A stretch of DNA of 64,000 nt from Rhina ancylostomus. Lineage: Eukaryota. Both the position numbers and the translations under genes were made by a program. The stretch lies in the NCBI GenBank assembly GCA_030265395.1, contig JARFYF010000001.1:29623598-29687597 (forward strand). Direction: 5' to 3'. This document shows, in pieces, positions 52,581 to 64,000 of this stretch; the first letter of the stretch is position 1; the number at the start of each line of letters is the position of its first letter. The notes under the pieces are model-generated. The model did no database searches, was not told where the DNA came from, and saw only the letters and a list, made by a program, of their open reading frames with translations.

Positions 52581-53208
52581 TCTTTGATTATGCCGGCTGC
52601 TTCACCAAGGCAGCGAGAGGTAAAGACAGAGTCCAAGGAGGGGAGGCTGGTGTCCATGACGCACTGGGCTGTGTCCACAACTCTCTGCAGTTTCTTGTGG
52701 TTCTGGGCAGAGCAGTTGGCATACCAAGCCGTGATACATCCAGATAGGATGCTTTCTATGGTGCATTGGTAAAAGTTGGTGAGAGTCAAATGGGACAAAC
52801 CAAACTTCTTTAGCCTCCTGAGGAAGTGGAGGTGCTGGTGAGCTTTCTTGGCCGTGGTTTCTACCTGATTGGACCAGGATAGGCTTTTGGTGATGTGCAC
52901 TCCCAGAAACTTGAAGCTCTCAACTCTCTCGACCTCAGAATCATTGATGTAGACAAGTGCATGTACACTGCCCCCTTTCCTGAAGTCGATGACCAGCTCC
53001 TTTGTTTTGTTGATATTGAGGGAAAGGATGTCGTCATGACACCATTCCATTAATCTCTCTATCTCCTTCCTGTAGTCTGACTCATCGCTGTTTCAGATAC
53101 GGCCTACAATAGTGGTATCATCTGCAAACTTGTAGATGGAGCTAGAACAGAATCTGGCCACACAGTCATGAGTGTATAGGGAGTCGAACAATGGGCTGAG
53201 GATGCACT
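52581..53208 (-). mobile_element. Rex1/Babar-type LINE RT C-terminal region
   Basis: ILSPL..LYTHDC, KFADDTTIVG, LNINKTKELVIDFRK, VESFKFLGVHI, FYQCTIESILSGCITAWY; one in-frame stop after the ADD motif. Confidence 0.9.
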
Positions 53209-54488
53209 CAGAGATGAGCTAGCTGAAGTTAAGATTATAAATGTAGAGGAAAGAGAAATGAAAGGAAGTTGAGATCATGTTTTCGTTTAATGCTAAACAT
53301 AGACTGTGGTTCTCCAAGTAACCATTGAATAAGTAAAGGCAAAGGATGAACAAAAGAGCTTGTCCAAAGGGGCTGGGGTGGGAATTGGGAAGTAGGAAGT
53401 AGTAATGGCCAAGCCCTATAGCAGACCATAAAATACCAGTGGTAAAAGAGTGGCAAGTTATAACTAGAGGCAATGTTTATGTCAATAGAATTGAGAAAAT
53501 GTTAAGACAGCACATCAACAAGGTTAATGTTAAAAAATCCAGGTCATGGCAGTTGCAATGGGTCTTTTCTTTCCTCCTGGCATCAGTCCTGTTGTTTTAT
53601 AGAAACTGAAATGATCTGAGGGAGGAAGTACATTATTTTTCCAATATGTGATGGATTGTTTTTAAACAAAACAGACACTGAGACAAATGTAGCTTGATGT
53701 GGTGTACAGGCATTTAAATTTTGCTGAATAGATTTTTTTAAAACATAGTTTAATCACTTTACATTCACATCACAGTGAATAAGATAATAATGGCATCCGA
53801 GAAGCTTTACTGCTTGCTTTATCATGTTTCAACATTTAGCAGACAAACTGAAAATATGAAAAGATACTAAGCAAAGGGACCAGAATGTCTGTCTTTAATT
53901 CACCTCCTGAACTGTAGATTTGTGAGACAACTAAAAAAATCATGAGAAAATATAGGCATAAATAAAAGGTGCCATCCATTGCTGTGTGTTGAATAATGTG
54001 GATTGTTGTATTAGACTGATACCTTGGACAGTTGGTGTAGAATTTCACTGCGTTTTATTTATCATTGGCTATTTACCCATAAGAAATTAATTCAGTTGGA
54101 TAGTCTCCAAAATGCAAATTCTGCATTGTCTACAGATAGAGTTACTACATAAAATTCTTCATCGTTTAAAATTCTCAGCAACAACTCCGAGTCGTAAAAT
54201 TGATTAATCCTAATTTGAAAGTGAAAATAGGAAATGCTGTTGATATACCATTGATTTAGCCACTGTGTAAAACAGAGAAGCTGAGATTTAGTTTCAGGCA
54301 TAAATCATTTGTTAGACAGTTGAAGAGTCTTTGACTAGTTAAAGCATCTCTCAGATGCTAATAGACTGCTGTGTATTTACTGTGTTTAATTTCATTTTTT
54401 TAATCTGAAGTTGATGTTCCATTTTATGTAGTAATTAAGACATGTAGTAGGAAAAAATTATCTAAACTGCTTCCCTTTCCTCTGACAG

Positions 54489-54583
54489 ATGCTGAGGTGG
54501 TGTACCGGGCCAGAGATGGCCATGTGATCAAACTGAATATAATAACAAATGAAACAACAGTGTTGTTGGAAAACAGCACATTT
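54489..54583 (+). CDS. DPP10: Inactive dipeptidyl peptidase 10 internal exon (95 nt, phase 1-0)
   Basis: cttccctttcctctgacag|AT GCT GAG...ACA TTT|gtaagt encodes (D)AEVVYRARDGHVIKLNIITNETTVLLENSTF, resembling DPP10 DTDVVYKSENGHVIKLNIETNATTLLLENTTF and much less like DPP6. Confidence 0.88.
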
Positions 54584-56334
54584 GTAAGTAAATTAGTTAA
54601 TATTTTTGTATTGTCATTTCAAAATGCTATTTCATCTCTTATAATGTTGCTACTGTCTGTTCCTGCTTCTTCAACTCACGGTGTACAGGACAAGTCATAA
54701 AGCAACTATTTCCAATCATGTACAATCATGAATGTTCTCAAATAAAACTCTATATTTCTGAAAGACACTTTGCATTAGATAGTGTATTAGTGTTACTTAT
54801 TTAGCTTCAAAGTTGATGTTGGATATTGAACTCTTAAAGTGCTTCTGGCATTTTAGCATAAGTCTCATCAGCAAGAGAAGGAGCAAACAAGGCTGTAGGC
54901 TAACTGGAAAACTAACAGAAGGTGGTGACTTGCCAAATGTCTATCTTCTTAACTGAATACACTGACTCAGAACAACAAAGAATTACATGAAACTACATGC
55001 AATATATAGCAATGAAACAGACCATTCAGCACATTTAGTCTATGTTGACATTTATGCTCCACTCAAATCTCTTTCCATGTTGATTCATATAATTCTATCA
55101 GCAACACCCATACATAGCTAATCTCTCAGTAAATCCATTTGTGCAATTCCCCGGTAGTAAATTCCACATTCCCACTACTTTGCTTCTGAATATCCAAATT
55201 GATTTCTATTATTGAAATCCTTCAGTTTTCCTCTTTGGAAATAAGTGGAAACATTCTTTATGTGCCTAGTCTACCAAAACCATCACTGAGGTTAAAATAT
55301 CCTATTGGATCACCCCTCAATCTTCTCATTGCAAAAGAGACTTTGTGTTTTCCTATTTGACCTTTCCTAACAGGTATAACATAACATTTCTGGCTTGATA
55401 CTGATATTTATTTTCTGTATCCTCATTTGTGCCACTATATCTTTTCTGTAAACTGTGATAACTGGATTGCTGTGATCTGAAGAAGGTTTGATACATGTAA
55501 AGCGTACCTCCTTTTCTTTACAATTTTATCTCGATAGAAATTCTTGCACCTGACTTGTATTTACCCTAGGCTTGTTAACAGGGTGTCAATAGTTTCAGTC
55601 ATTTTATATATTTATACTCCCATTGGTTGTCTACGCACAGAGATTTTTATTTTCCTTGTAATATCAGACCTTCACACATTTCTTAACAAAGTGCAATACT
55701 TTACAGATGTCTTTGAAATTCATTTGCCAATTATATGCCCAAACTTCAAGTTTATTTTTAATTTATTTTTGTAATGTTTTTATTGTACTCAGTAATAGCT
55801 ATTGCACCCCATCCCCTTCCACTGCCTCTGGATATTAGTGTCAGACACAAATTTGGTTTTGATTCCAAAGTCAGAATCATTAATGTAATTGTGAACAACA
55901 GGATCCTCGTGCTGATTCTTGTGAGATCCCAAGTACCATCTCCTTTGGTTTGAAATGTTACCTTTCATCTCTAGTCCTCATGTAGTTTTCTTGCTCCTGT
56001 ACAAATGATGTGCTTGTCACAACATGAAGTAAATATGTCTCTTCTGATGATGTGATACTTGTTTTGGAGGCAAAAATCTTCATGAGCCCAGTAGACATTC
56101 CGATGTCAGACATAAATGCAATGGCTGACTTCTTTCAGGAGGGTAAACTTCAGCCAAACCTGGCCAGATCGATGGCTACTCCATTCCACTTCACCAACCA
56201 CCTGGCATCAGCAACACTCCTGGTTATGTAACGTGGAGACAAAATATGCTGTGACACTTTGGAGGTCTCTGGCTTTTCACAGCTATCTGCAGAAGGTTAC
56301 AGTCAAGACTAAAATATGGATTAACATAAAATAA

Positions 56335-56428
56335 AATCTGAAGTTGCTGGAAACACCCAATGAGTCCGGCAGCATTTCTGAGGGAGAAAAAGTGTTAAAT
56401 ATTTCAGATGAAAGATACTTGATCAAAA
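56335..56428 (-). mobile_element. Old PLE terminal repeat
   Basis: TGCTGGAAACACCCAATGAGTCCGGCAGCATTTCTGAGGGAGAAA..GTTAAATATTTCAG. Confidence 0.5.
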
Positions 56429-56699
56429 TTCTTTTCAATTAACTTGTTCTGTGCAAAATACGTAATGGCAAGAATTATCCATTCAAGTACAACCTGTAAT
56501 GCCGATGTAGGGATACTGTGACCTCAACTTTTACATTCATGTGATTTTGCACTGAGTATTTTGGTTGGTGAGCTGCTATACAAAACTCATTGACATGTGA
56601 CTGAACTGTGTTACCTGGGTGGTCACTGGAACCTTAAAATTGACCAATAATAGCTTTTGTAGGCATTGTAGAATATCATCCCTCCTCTCACGCTGCAGT

Positions 56700-58542
56700 A
56701 GAGTGCAGTTGTGCAAAGCTTCAGTAACTAGCTCCTGGCAGGAAAGTCTTCGATATCCTTGCATTGCAATGCCTGTACATCGAACAAGGTGTCAGTTCTC
56801 CTGAGCAGCTTGGACAAGGACAAGGCCTTAGACAAGATATCACACACGTACAATATGGATGTACTTCCAAAATGGGCTTTGGGGAGGAAATCAGGAATTG
56901 GATCCAACTACTCTACACAGATATCAGTAGTCCAGTCCACTACTGCAGTAGTAGGAAACAGATGGCTTCCCCATCAAGTTTGGAATAGAACCATAGAACA
57001 ATACAGCACAATACAGGCCCTTTGGCCCATCATGTTGTGGCGGCCTTCAAACCACACCTAAGACTATCTAACCCCTTACAGAAGTGGCCCACTCTCACCT
57101 GTCTTTTTAATATGTCGCATAGAAACCTTTGCCAAATCCATCAGGAAGGACACAACCATAAGAGGGGTGATGATGCCAGGCAGTGGGAAGCACTCAAATC
57201 AAAGCCTCCATACACATGGACAATGTCGTAGTTTTCAGCTTGGATTCATGATGGGTCTGCAAATTGATTAGAATCTCCAGTCAGTTTGTGCTGCTCTTTG
57301 GCAACTGACCTGACAATTGTCCATTCTCTTCACCATCAATTCTGAGTACCTGAAGGGGCTATGAATCTAGCCTAGAGGAGATGTGCACTCCTATTCAATG
57401 GTGGGCAAGACCACCAGGTGTGAGGTGCTCACAGTGTTTCTGTACATGGCACAGGTGTGACCCGTACCCCTCTTCTGCACCATGTCAGTCACCCAAGCCA
57501 TCTTCCATTTCATCTGGGGCTCCAAGATGGAGCATGCCCAACAAGTAGCAATGCTCATTTCCAGAGAAAGGGGTAAAAAGTGTACCCAGCATTGCCCTCA
57601 TCCTGATGGCCTCTTTTGTGTGTGGCTGTGTCAAGCTGTGCATAGGACCAAATTATACAAACACCAAGCCTCACCATGTGCTGAGGTTCTACCTGACCCT
57701 GGGGTTGTGAAGGATGGGCCTGACCATGTTGCCACACAATAGTCCATTCAGTTGGACTTCGCTGAACTACCTGAACTTTGCAGAAAAGTTCCTTCAGAAA
57801 AATAACTTTGACCACAAGTTCATCAGGCAGTGGTCAGCATGGAAGGTCCCACAGGAGAAGAGCACAATGGATCCTCTGGGGTGGTTTCCTGAGTAGACTG
57901 TCAAAACTATTTGGCAGAATACATCATCACCAGAACTCACCAACAAGCACCAAGAGCTCAGTTGTCTGTCAGTGAGAGACAGCCTCCCCATCAGATCCTT
58001 CCTCTGTAGGTGGAGTCACACTTCCCTTGACACAGTTGCAATGAGGATAAGACAATCACCCACCTCTTTATGGACTTGGAATTTGCAAAGAAGCTCTGGA
58101 AAAGGATGCAAGGGTCCTTGTTAGGGTTTGATCTGAGCAGCTGCATCACAGAGGACTCTGATCTATGGGCTATTCCCAGGGACACATACTGAGACAAACA
58201 TCAAATGTTGCTGGAAGATCATCAGCTCACTTTAGGCTGCCTGAAATTTGTTGGTCTTCTAGTGCAATGAGATGTCCGTATGTGAATGTTACTGCTTGGC
58301 CCATTACAGTTTGCAAATCATGCTAAAGAACACACTGAAGCTTAGTGCAGCCAACCCAAAGGCTTTGTGGGGAATGACTGCAATCTAAGGTTTTGCTGCC
58401 ACTGATGGGCTGGGTCCTGTGTAACATGATGACACATGTATTCACTGGACAACACCATGAATGTGAAGAAAGACATATACAATAATATAAAACAGTACAT
58501 ACTTTTAATGAATGAAGTTACATTTTTGAAAGTAAAAAGAAA
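56700..58542 (+). mobile_element. Degenerate Tx1 (L1 clade) LINE
   Basis: SLDKDKALDKISHTY and KMGFGEEIRNWIQLLY (Tx1 RT LDQEKAFD region), AIFHFIWGSKME, A-rich end. Confidence 0.8.
56985..57078 (-). mobile_element. Short CR1 3' tail nested in Tx1
   Basis: ATAGAACCATAGAACAATACAGCACAATACAGGCCCTTTGGCCC, same subfamily as the ends at 27100-27185 and 62620-62718. Confidence 0.85.
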
Positions 58543-60019
58543 ACAGCTCTTATTAATCCAATGATAACTCTCCAAAGCAACAATTTACCTGTGACTACAA
58601 ATAAACTATTCTGGTCGAGCTATACTCACTTTGTTGATTTCAAATATGATGATGAATGGAATAAAACCTGCACTAAATACACTGCACAAAACAAGGAATT
58701 CTTTCAATAACTAATAGCAAGGCTCCCTGGGTCTCACCAGCTTCAAAGGACATAAATGGTTCTGAACAGGATCTGAACAAGATATGAGCATGTGGCCATT
58801 TAATGCGTATATTGTGAAATGAATGATCTTCTGGCTATGAATGCAATGATTCCAATCAGAAAATGATTGGAATCATCATATCCTGTCCTAGAGACAAACT
58901 CCCTTGCAGTAAACTCCTTTCCAAAAAGGCCAGATACTGGCTAACACACTTCAAGCTCAATTCACAAATGTTGCTCCCAATGTACACAAGAGGAAGAATC
59001 AACAATCTCTGTTTTATGCTTTGCAGGCAGCTGGCTAGCTATTGTGCCACTAGTCCTTTGACTCTACATTAACCTTAACCTTTAACCAATTATATCAGAT
59101 AGCACTGAAGACCTTATCTAACATAAATAAGTCACACCCATTGGATGAGCTTTATCTACCCACTTTGTTACCTCATCAGATAAGTCAGTAAGATTCATCA
59201 AGCATATCTTTTCCTTTGAAATCCAAAGCGTAAGATGAACACGGGGTGAGCATCTCCTTGCACCAGAAACCAACACTACTTGGTAACAAGTTCTTATATA
59301 GTGTTGTACAAGATGCAAAGTCTCCTGGGCTGACTGTTGGATAAAAGTTATCTTGCTTTTAAAGGCATTATTTTTAAACTCTGCATGAACACTATTTTCA
59401 ATAGAGCTAGCACAATAGCTGACTCTTTGGTCACATATCTTCTGGGTTTACCTTTCCATCTCTACTTGTTCCTAAGTACTTGTGGCCAATGTATGACTGG
59501 GTGCCAATTGTTCAAAAACAGTATTTCTATTTTACATAGAATGCCAATATATGTACGGTTGATTGGACCGGTTTGACTAAAATTGGTTCTTCTGTGTTTG
59601 CGACTGCAACACCCGGGAATACTGATGAAAAGACAGAAGTGGGAAAGAATGAAGATCTGGCCTTCAGCAATTAAAGGGAGCAGCAGCAGGTTCATGTCTG
59701 TGTACTACATTGCTCTATGTATGTGATAGCTGTTAGATGAGAGAGAAGATACTCAACTAGCCCGTTATGTTGGCTTAGATGATGAGGAAGGGAAGGAGAC
59801 TTGTACAAGACTGAGCAGAGGAAATGAGGGATATAAAGGAGATTCATATTTTGACTCTTCTGGCCTAGTTACTAAGTTCCTTTCTGTTCTGCAGCTAATT
59901 CCAGATAAAAATGTTGCCATTCTCCTCCACATCTTTTTGATAATTTGTCTTGTTACTCAGCAGGGAAGGAAGAATCTTCTCTCTGTTTGTACAATCTCTG
60001 ATCTATTATCAACAACCAC

Positions 60020-60420
60020 AGTTTGTACTTATTTAGCACCATTAATTTTGTAAGGAATCCCACAGAGCTTCGTAAGAGCAATAATCAGACAGAATTTGTC
60101 ATTGAGTCATATTAATCTATAATAGAAATAGTGACCCCCAGGATGGTGACCAAAAGCTTGATTCAAGGTCCTTCTTAAAGGAGGAGCAGGACATAGAATG
60201 AATTAGGAATGGAATTTCAAGTTCCGGAGTTTAGGCAGCCAAAGGCCAATAGTGGAGTGAACAAGATCAGGGATGTGCAGAAGGTGAGAATTAGAGAAGA
60301 GCAGAAATCTAGAGGTTGCAAGGTTGGAAGAGGTTACACAGATAGGGAGTGGTGAGGAAATGAAAAGATTGAAAACACATTTGAGAATTTTAAAATTGCA
60401 CTATTAACAGAGAGTGAATA
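60020..60420 (-). mobile_element. Old L2 LINE 3' end
   Basis: TTGTACTTATTTAGCACC..CCCACAGAGCTT tail and CCAAAAGCTTG..CTTAAAGGAGGA. Confidence 0.5.
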
Positions 60421-62475
60421 AATATATGTTTGAGAACAGGGTAATTGATAATTTGGACATGGTATGGGTTGAGCAACAGGATCATGCCACAGGTGGGGCA
60501 AGGAATACACGATGAGGCCAGTGGGCAGGTTGTATGGGAGGTGGGGTGCACTGTTTTTACATAAGGAAACAGAGGTGGGATCAACCAAATCAGGGACATA
60601 GAGAGCATGGCTGAGGTACTACATGAGTACTTTTAATCGTCTCAACCAATGAAGATGATACTGCTGGAGTCTTAACACAGAAAGATGTTATGAAAATCAG
60701 GATGGGATTAAAATGATGGAGGTACTAGAAATGCTCGCGGCAATTAAAATGGGAGGCATCCTAGTTTTCTGAAGGAAGTAGGAGAGGAAATTGGTCATTG
60801 TGTGGAAAAGAAGTTTCTCAATATTAGTGCAGGTTGTCTCCAGATTATTAACCGAAAACTCTACCCCACTATGATTTGCAATAGATGGACATGGCCATTG
60901 CTTCACAAGAGAGCAAAGTTATTGAATTTCTTCATAACTCTGCAATGACAAATTATTTTGTTAAGACTGCTTTATTTGATTTTTTTTAACAAAGCTTTTA
61001 AAACCCATTTTAATTTGCTAAATGCCTTTGGGATATATTTTCCACTCTTCTGGATTTAAAAAGACAATCCCTCAGTTATTGCAACATATCTTTGACCTAA
61101 ATTAGAATGAAAGGTGTCAGCAATTTCTCGATGAATGAGTTTGACTATTACAGATCCATTAACTGGAATGGCTATAAACTAGACAATCATGACATGGCTG
61201 TAACCATGCTCTTTTCACAGCTGTCAATCAGCTAAATTGTCAGTTAACTGGCATTAATGGCAAATATTTGTTCAGCTGACTGTGGATTGCACAAAGATTT
61301 TCAATAATGGCAGTACAAAGATTTTCATCAGCACACTAAGTAGAAAGGGACGTGCAAGACCTGATTGACAGTATATTTGAAAATCTATGGCACAAGCCAT
61401 TAACTGCACAGAGACATATCAAATTCATACAATTGAAGGCATTAGTATGAAANNNNNNNNNNCTTACTAAACACTGTAAACAGGTTCATTGTATCGCAAA
61501 CTGATCTACATCCAAAGAAGCATTTTTAAAGTTGTCACTTTTGTAATATAAGGAAACACAATAGCCAATTATGTGCAGCCAATGAAGTAGCTTGGATTAT
61601 GTTGATTTAATTATTGCAATAAGAAATAAATGTTGTTTGAGAGAAGGGTAGAACTTTCCTGCTATTAAAATAATTGGAGGTTGATTTAATAACTCACCCA
61701 AACGTTAGCTTCCAATTCAATTTTTAAATACATTGGTAGAGTCCATCAATTAATACAGGTTAATATTTTTCCTCTTACAACAGTTTTAAGATGAACTTTT
61801 TAAAGTTTAATTCAGCTACTTCCAGGAGTATGCAATATCTAGAATTCACCAGCAATGGCATCTTCCTATTTCTGTGCCATGATCTCTGGATTATCCCAAG
61901 GATCTATTTTTGATTCCCTCTTATTTTTCAGTCACATGCTACCTTTTGAAGACGTGATCTGAAAATACATTGTCTTCCCCATCTGAAGTGATGATGCTTA
62001 ATTCCACCGCAACATTCCCTCTCTCAACACTTCCATGCTTTTGATCTGTCATGCAGTTTGCCCGTTTNNNNNNNNNNNNNNNNNNNNNNNNNNNNNNNNN
62101 NNNNNNNNNNNNNNNNNNNNNNNNNNNNNNNNNNNNNNNNNNNNNNNNNNNNNNNNNNNNNNNNNNNNNNNNNNNNNNNNNNNNNNNNNNNNNNNNNNNN
62201 NNNNNNNNNNNNNNNNNNNNNNNNNNNNNNNNNNNNNNNNNNNNNNNNNNNNNNNNNNNNNNNNNNNNNNNNNNNNNNNNNNNNNNNNNNNNNNNNNNNN
62301 NNNNNNNNNNNNNNNNNNNNNNNNNNNNNNNNNNNNNNNNNNNNNNNNNNNNNNNNNNNNNNNNNNNNNNNNNNNNNNNNNNNNNNNNNNNNNNNNNNNN
62401 NNNNNNNNNNNNNNNNNNNNNNNNNNNNNNNNNNNNNNNNNNNNNNNNNNNNNNNNNNNNNNNNNNNNNNNNNNG

Positions 62476-62718
62476 GAGATGTCAGAGGGAGGTTTTTCAC
62501 CCAGAGAGTGGCTGGTGCATGGAATGCGCTGCCTGGGGTGGTGGTGGAGGCTGATACATTGGACAAGTCAAGAGATTGTTAGATAATCATATGGAGGAAT
62601 TTAAGATAGAGGGATATGTGGGAGGAAGGGGTTAGATAGTCTTAGTTTGAAGGGCGGTACAACATGGTGGGCCAAAGGGCCTGTATTGTGTTGTATTGTT
62701 CCATGGTTCTATGGTTCT
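62476..62718 (+). mobile_element. CR1 3' end, 5' part in gap
   Basis: DVRGRFFTQRVAGAWNALPGVVVEAD and (ATGGTTCT)n tail. Confidence 0.9.
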
Positions 62719-63456
62719 TAGTCCCTGTCATCTGGCAGCCAAGGTGATATTTTACCTAAGCACTTCCCTTAATAGCTAAAAGTCAATCAGCTGTTAACTG
62801 GACACAATATCTAGTCAGAGATGAACCATTTATTTTATACGAAGGTTCATCATTACTTCCTTGCTCCTGTGTTGTGTGCTTTTTTGACCACTTTCTCAAA
62901 CTGCCCTGTCATGTCACGCATGTGGTCTTTTGTTGTATTCCTTTTAAAGTTGTGCCTTCTGGTTTAAAATGCCTCTTCCTAGTCTTCCTGCACAAACGTA
63001 ACAGCATGTATTTGTTAACATTGAACTCATCTGCAACCTATCTGCCCAGTCCACCAGCCTCAAAAGTCAACTGTTCTTCTCCTCCCAATTTGCAACACCC
63101 TCAAGTTCTATGCCATTGGCACATTTAAAGATTCTGTCCTCCATGCCCAAGTCTATGTCATTATGTATATATTAAATAAAAACCATGGTTCCAGTACTGA
63201 CCCTTGGTGAATCCCACTGTACATTTCCTTCACATCTGAAAAACAATCTATTGCTTATGCTCTGTTTCGGTGGCTTAGCCAATGTTCTATCCATCCTGTC
63301 ACTTTTCCAGGATGATACCATAGTAATTTTAGTGTCTGACTGGAGGATAGATTTCTGGAGTGCTGTTACATCCTCAAAGTCCCTCTGAACTCAGGTATAT
63401 TAAGCATGTGATGCAGCAGTCTGAGCTTGCATCAACTTGTCAGAACTTCCAAAAAG

Positions 63457-64000
63457 TATTGGTATTATTTTATTATTGTTACTTGTACTGAGGTACAGTG
63501 AAAAACTTGTCTTGCATACCGTTCATACAGATCAATTCATTACACAGTGCATTGAGGNNNNNNNNNNNNNNNNNNNNNNNNNNNNNNNNNNNNNNNNNNN
63601 NNNNNNNNNNNNNNNNNNNNNNNNNNNNNNNNNNNNNNNNNNNNNNNNNNNNNNNNNNNNNNNNNNNNNNNNNNNNNNNNNNNNNNNNNNNNNNNNNNNN
63701 NNNNNNNNNNNNNNNNNNNNNNNNNNNNNNNNNNNNNNNNNNNNNNNNNNNNNNNNNNNNNNNNNNNNNNNNNNNNNNNNNNNNNNNNNNNNNNNNNNNN
63801 NNNNNNNNNNNNNNNNNNNNNNNNNNNNNNNNNNNNNNNNNNNNNNNNNNNNNNNNNNNNNNNNNNNNNNNNNNNNNNNNNNNNNNNNNNNNNNNNNNNN
63901 NNNNNNNNNNNNNNNNNNNNNNNNNNNNNNNNNNNNNNNNNNNNNNNNNNNNNNNNNNNNNNNNNNNNNNNNNNNNNNNTTCTTGCAGTCCTGGGCAGGG
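63457..64000 (-). mobile_element. Rex1/Babar-type 3' end, mostly gap
   Basis: 63457-63557 is near identical to 39280-39370. Confidence 0.7.

Noticed and set aside
56700-58600. Target-specific insertion of the Tx1 element into an snRNA, tRNA or microsatellite
   Set aside because: No such target sequence is visible at either flank
1-64000. CRISPR arrays, operons or phage and defence systems
   Set aside because: Eukaryotic intron-rich DNA; no regularly spaced repeat-spacer structure or dense ORFs

Overview
This is vertebrate genomic DNA, AT-rich and CpG-depleted, with many assembly gaps. It is most likely from a cartilaginous fish (ray or shark), judged from HE1-type V-SINEs, HER1/CR1 LINEs and DeuSINE relics. 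I recognise only two host exons: a 72-nt cortactin (CTTN-like) exon on the minus strand (4623-4694) and a 95-nt DPP10-like exon on the plus strand (54489-54583). The rest is intronic or intergenic sequence full of retroelements: CR1, Rex1/Babar, L2/CR1-like, RTE, Tx1, V-SINEs, DeuSINE, one solo LTR and about ten Penelope-like (PLE) terminal repeats. The most interesting signal is in those PLE ends, which carry decayed minimal hammerhead-ribozyme cores (CUGANGA..stem II..GAAA-CG-UH). They occur in inverted, tandem and TSD-flanked forms, but no copy here has an intact core. Also notable are the unexplained CTTN/DPP10 juxtaposition, an unannotated candidate signal-peptide first exon (20141-20234), a chimeric TSD-flanked insertion and a candidate CTCF site with its upstream module. 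Family assignments come from recalled motifs, not database searches, and repeat boundaries are approximate. No CRISPR, rRNA or true tRNA genes were seen.
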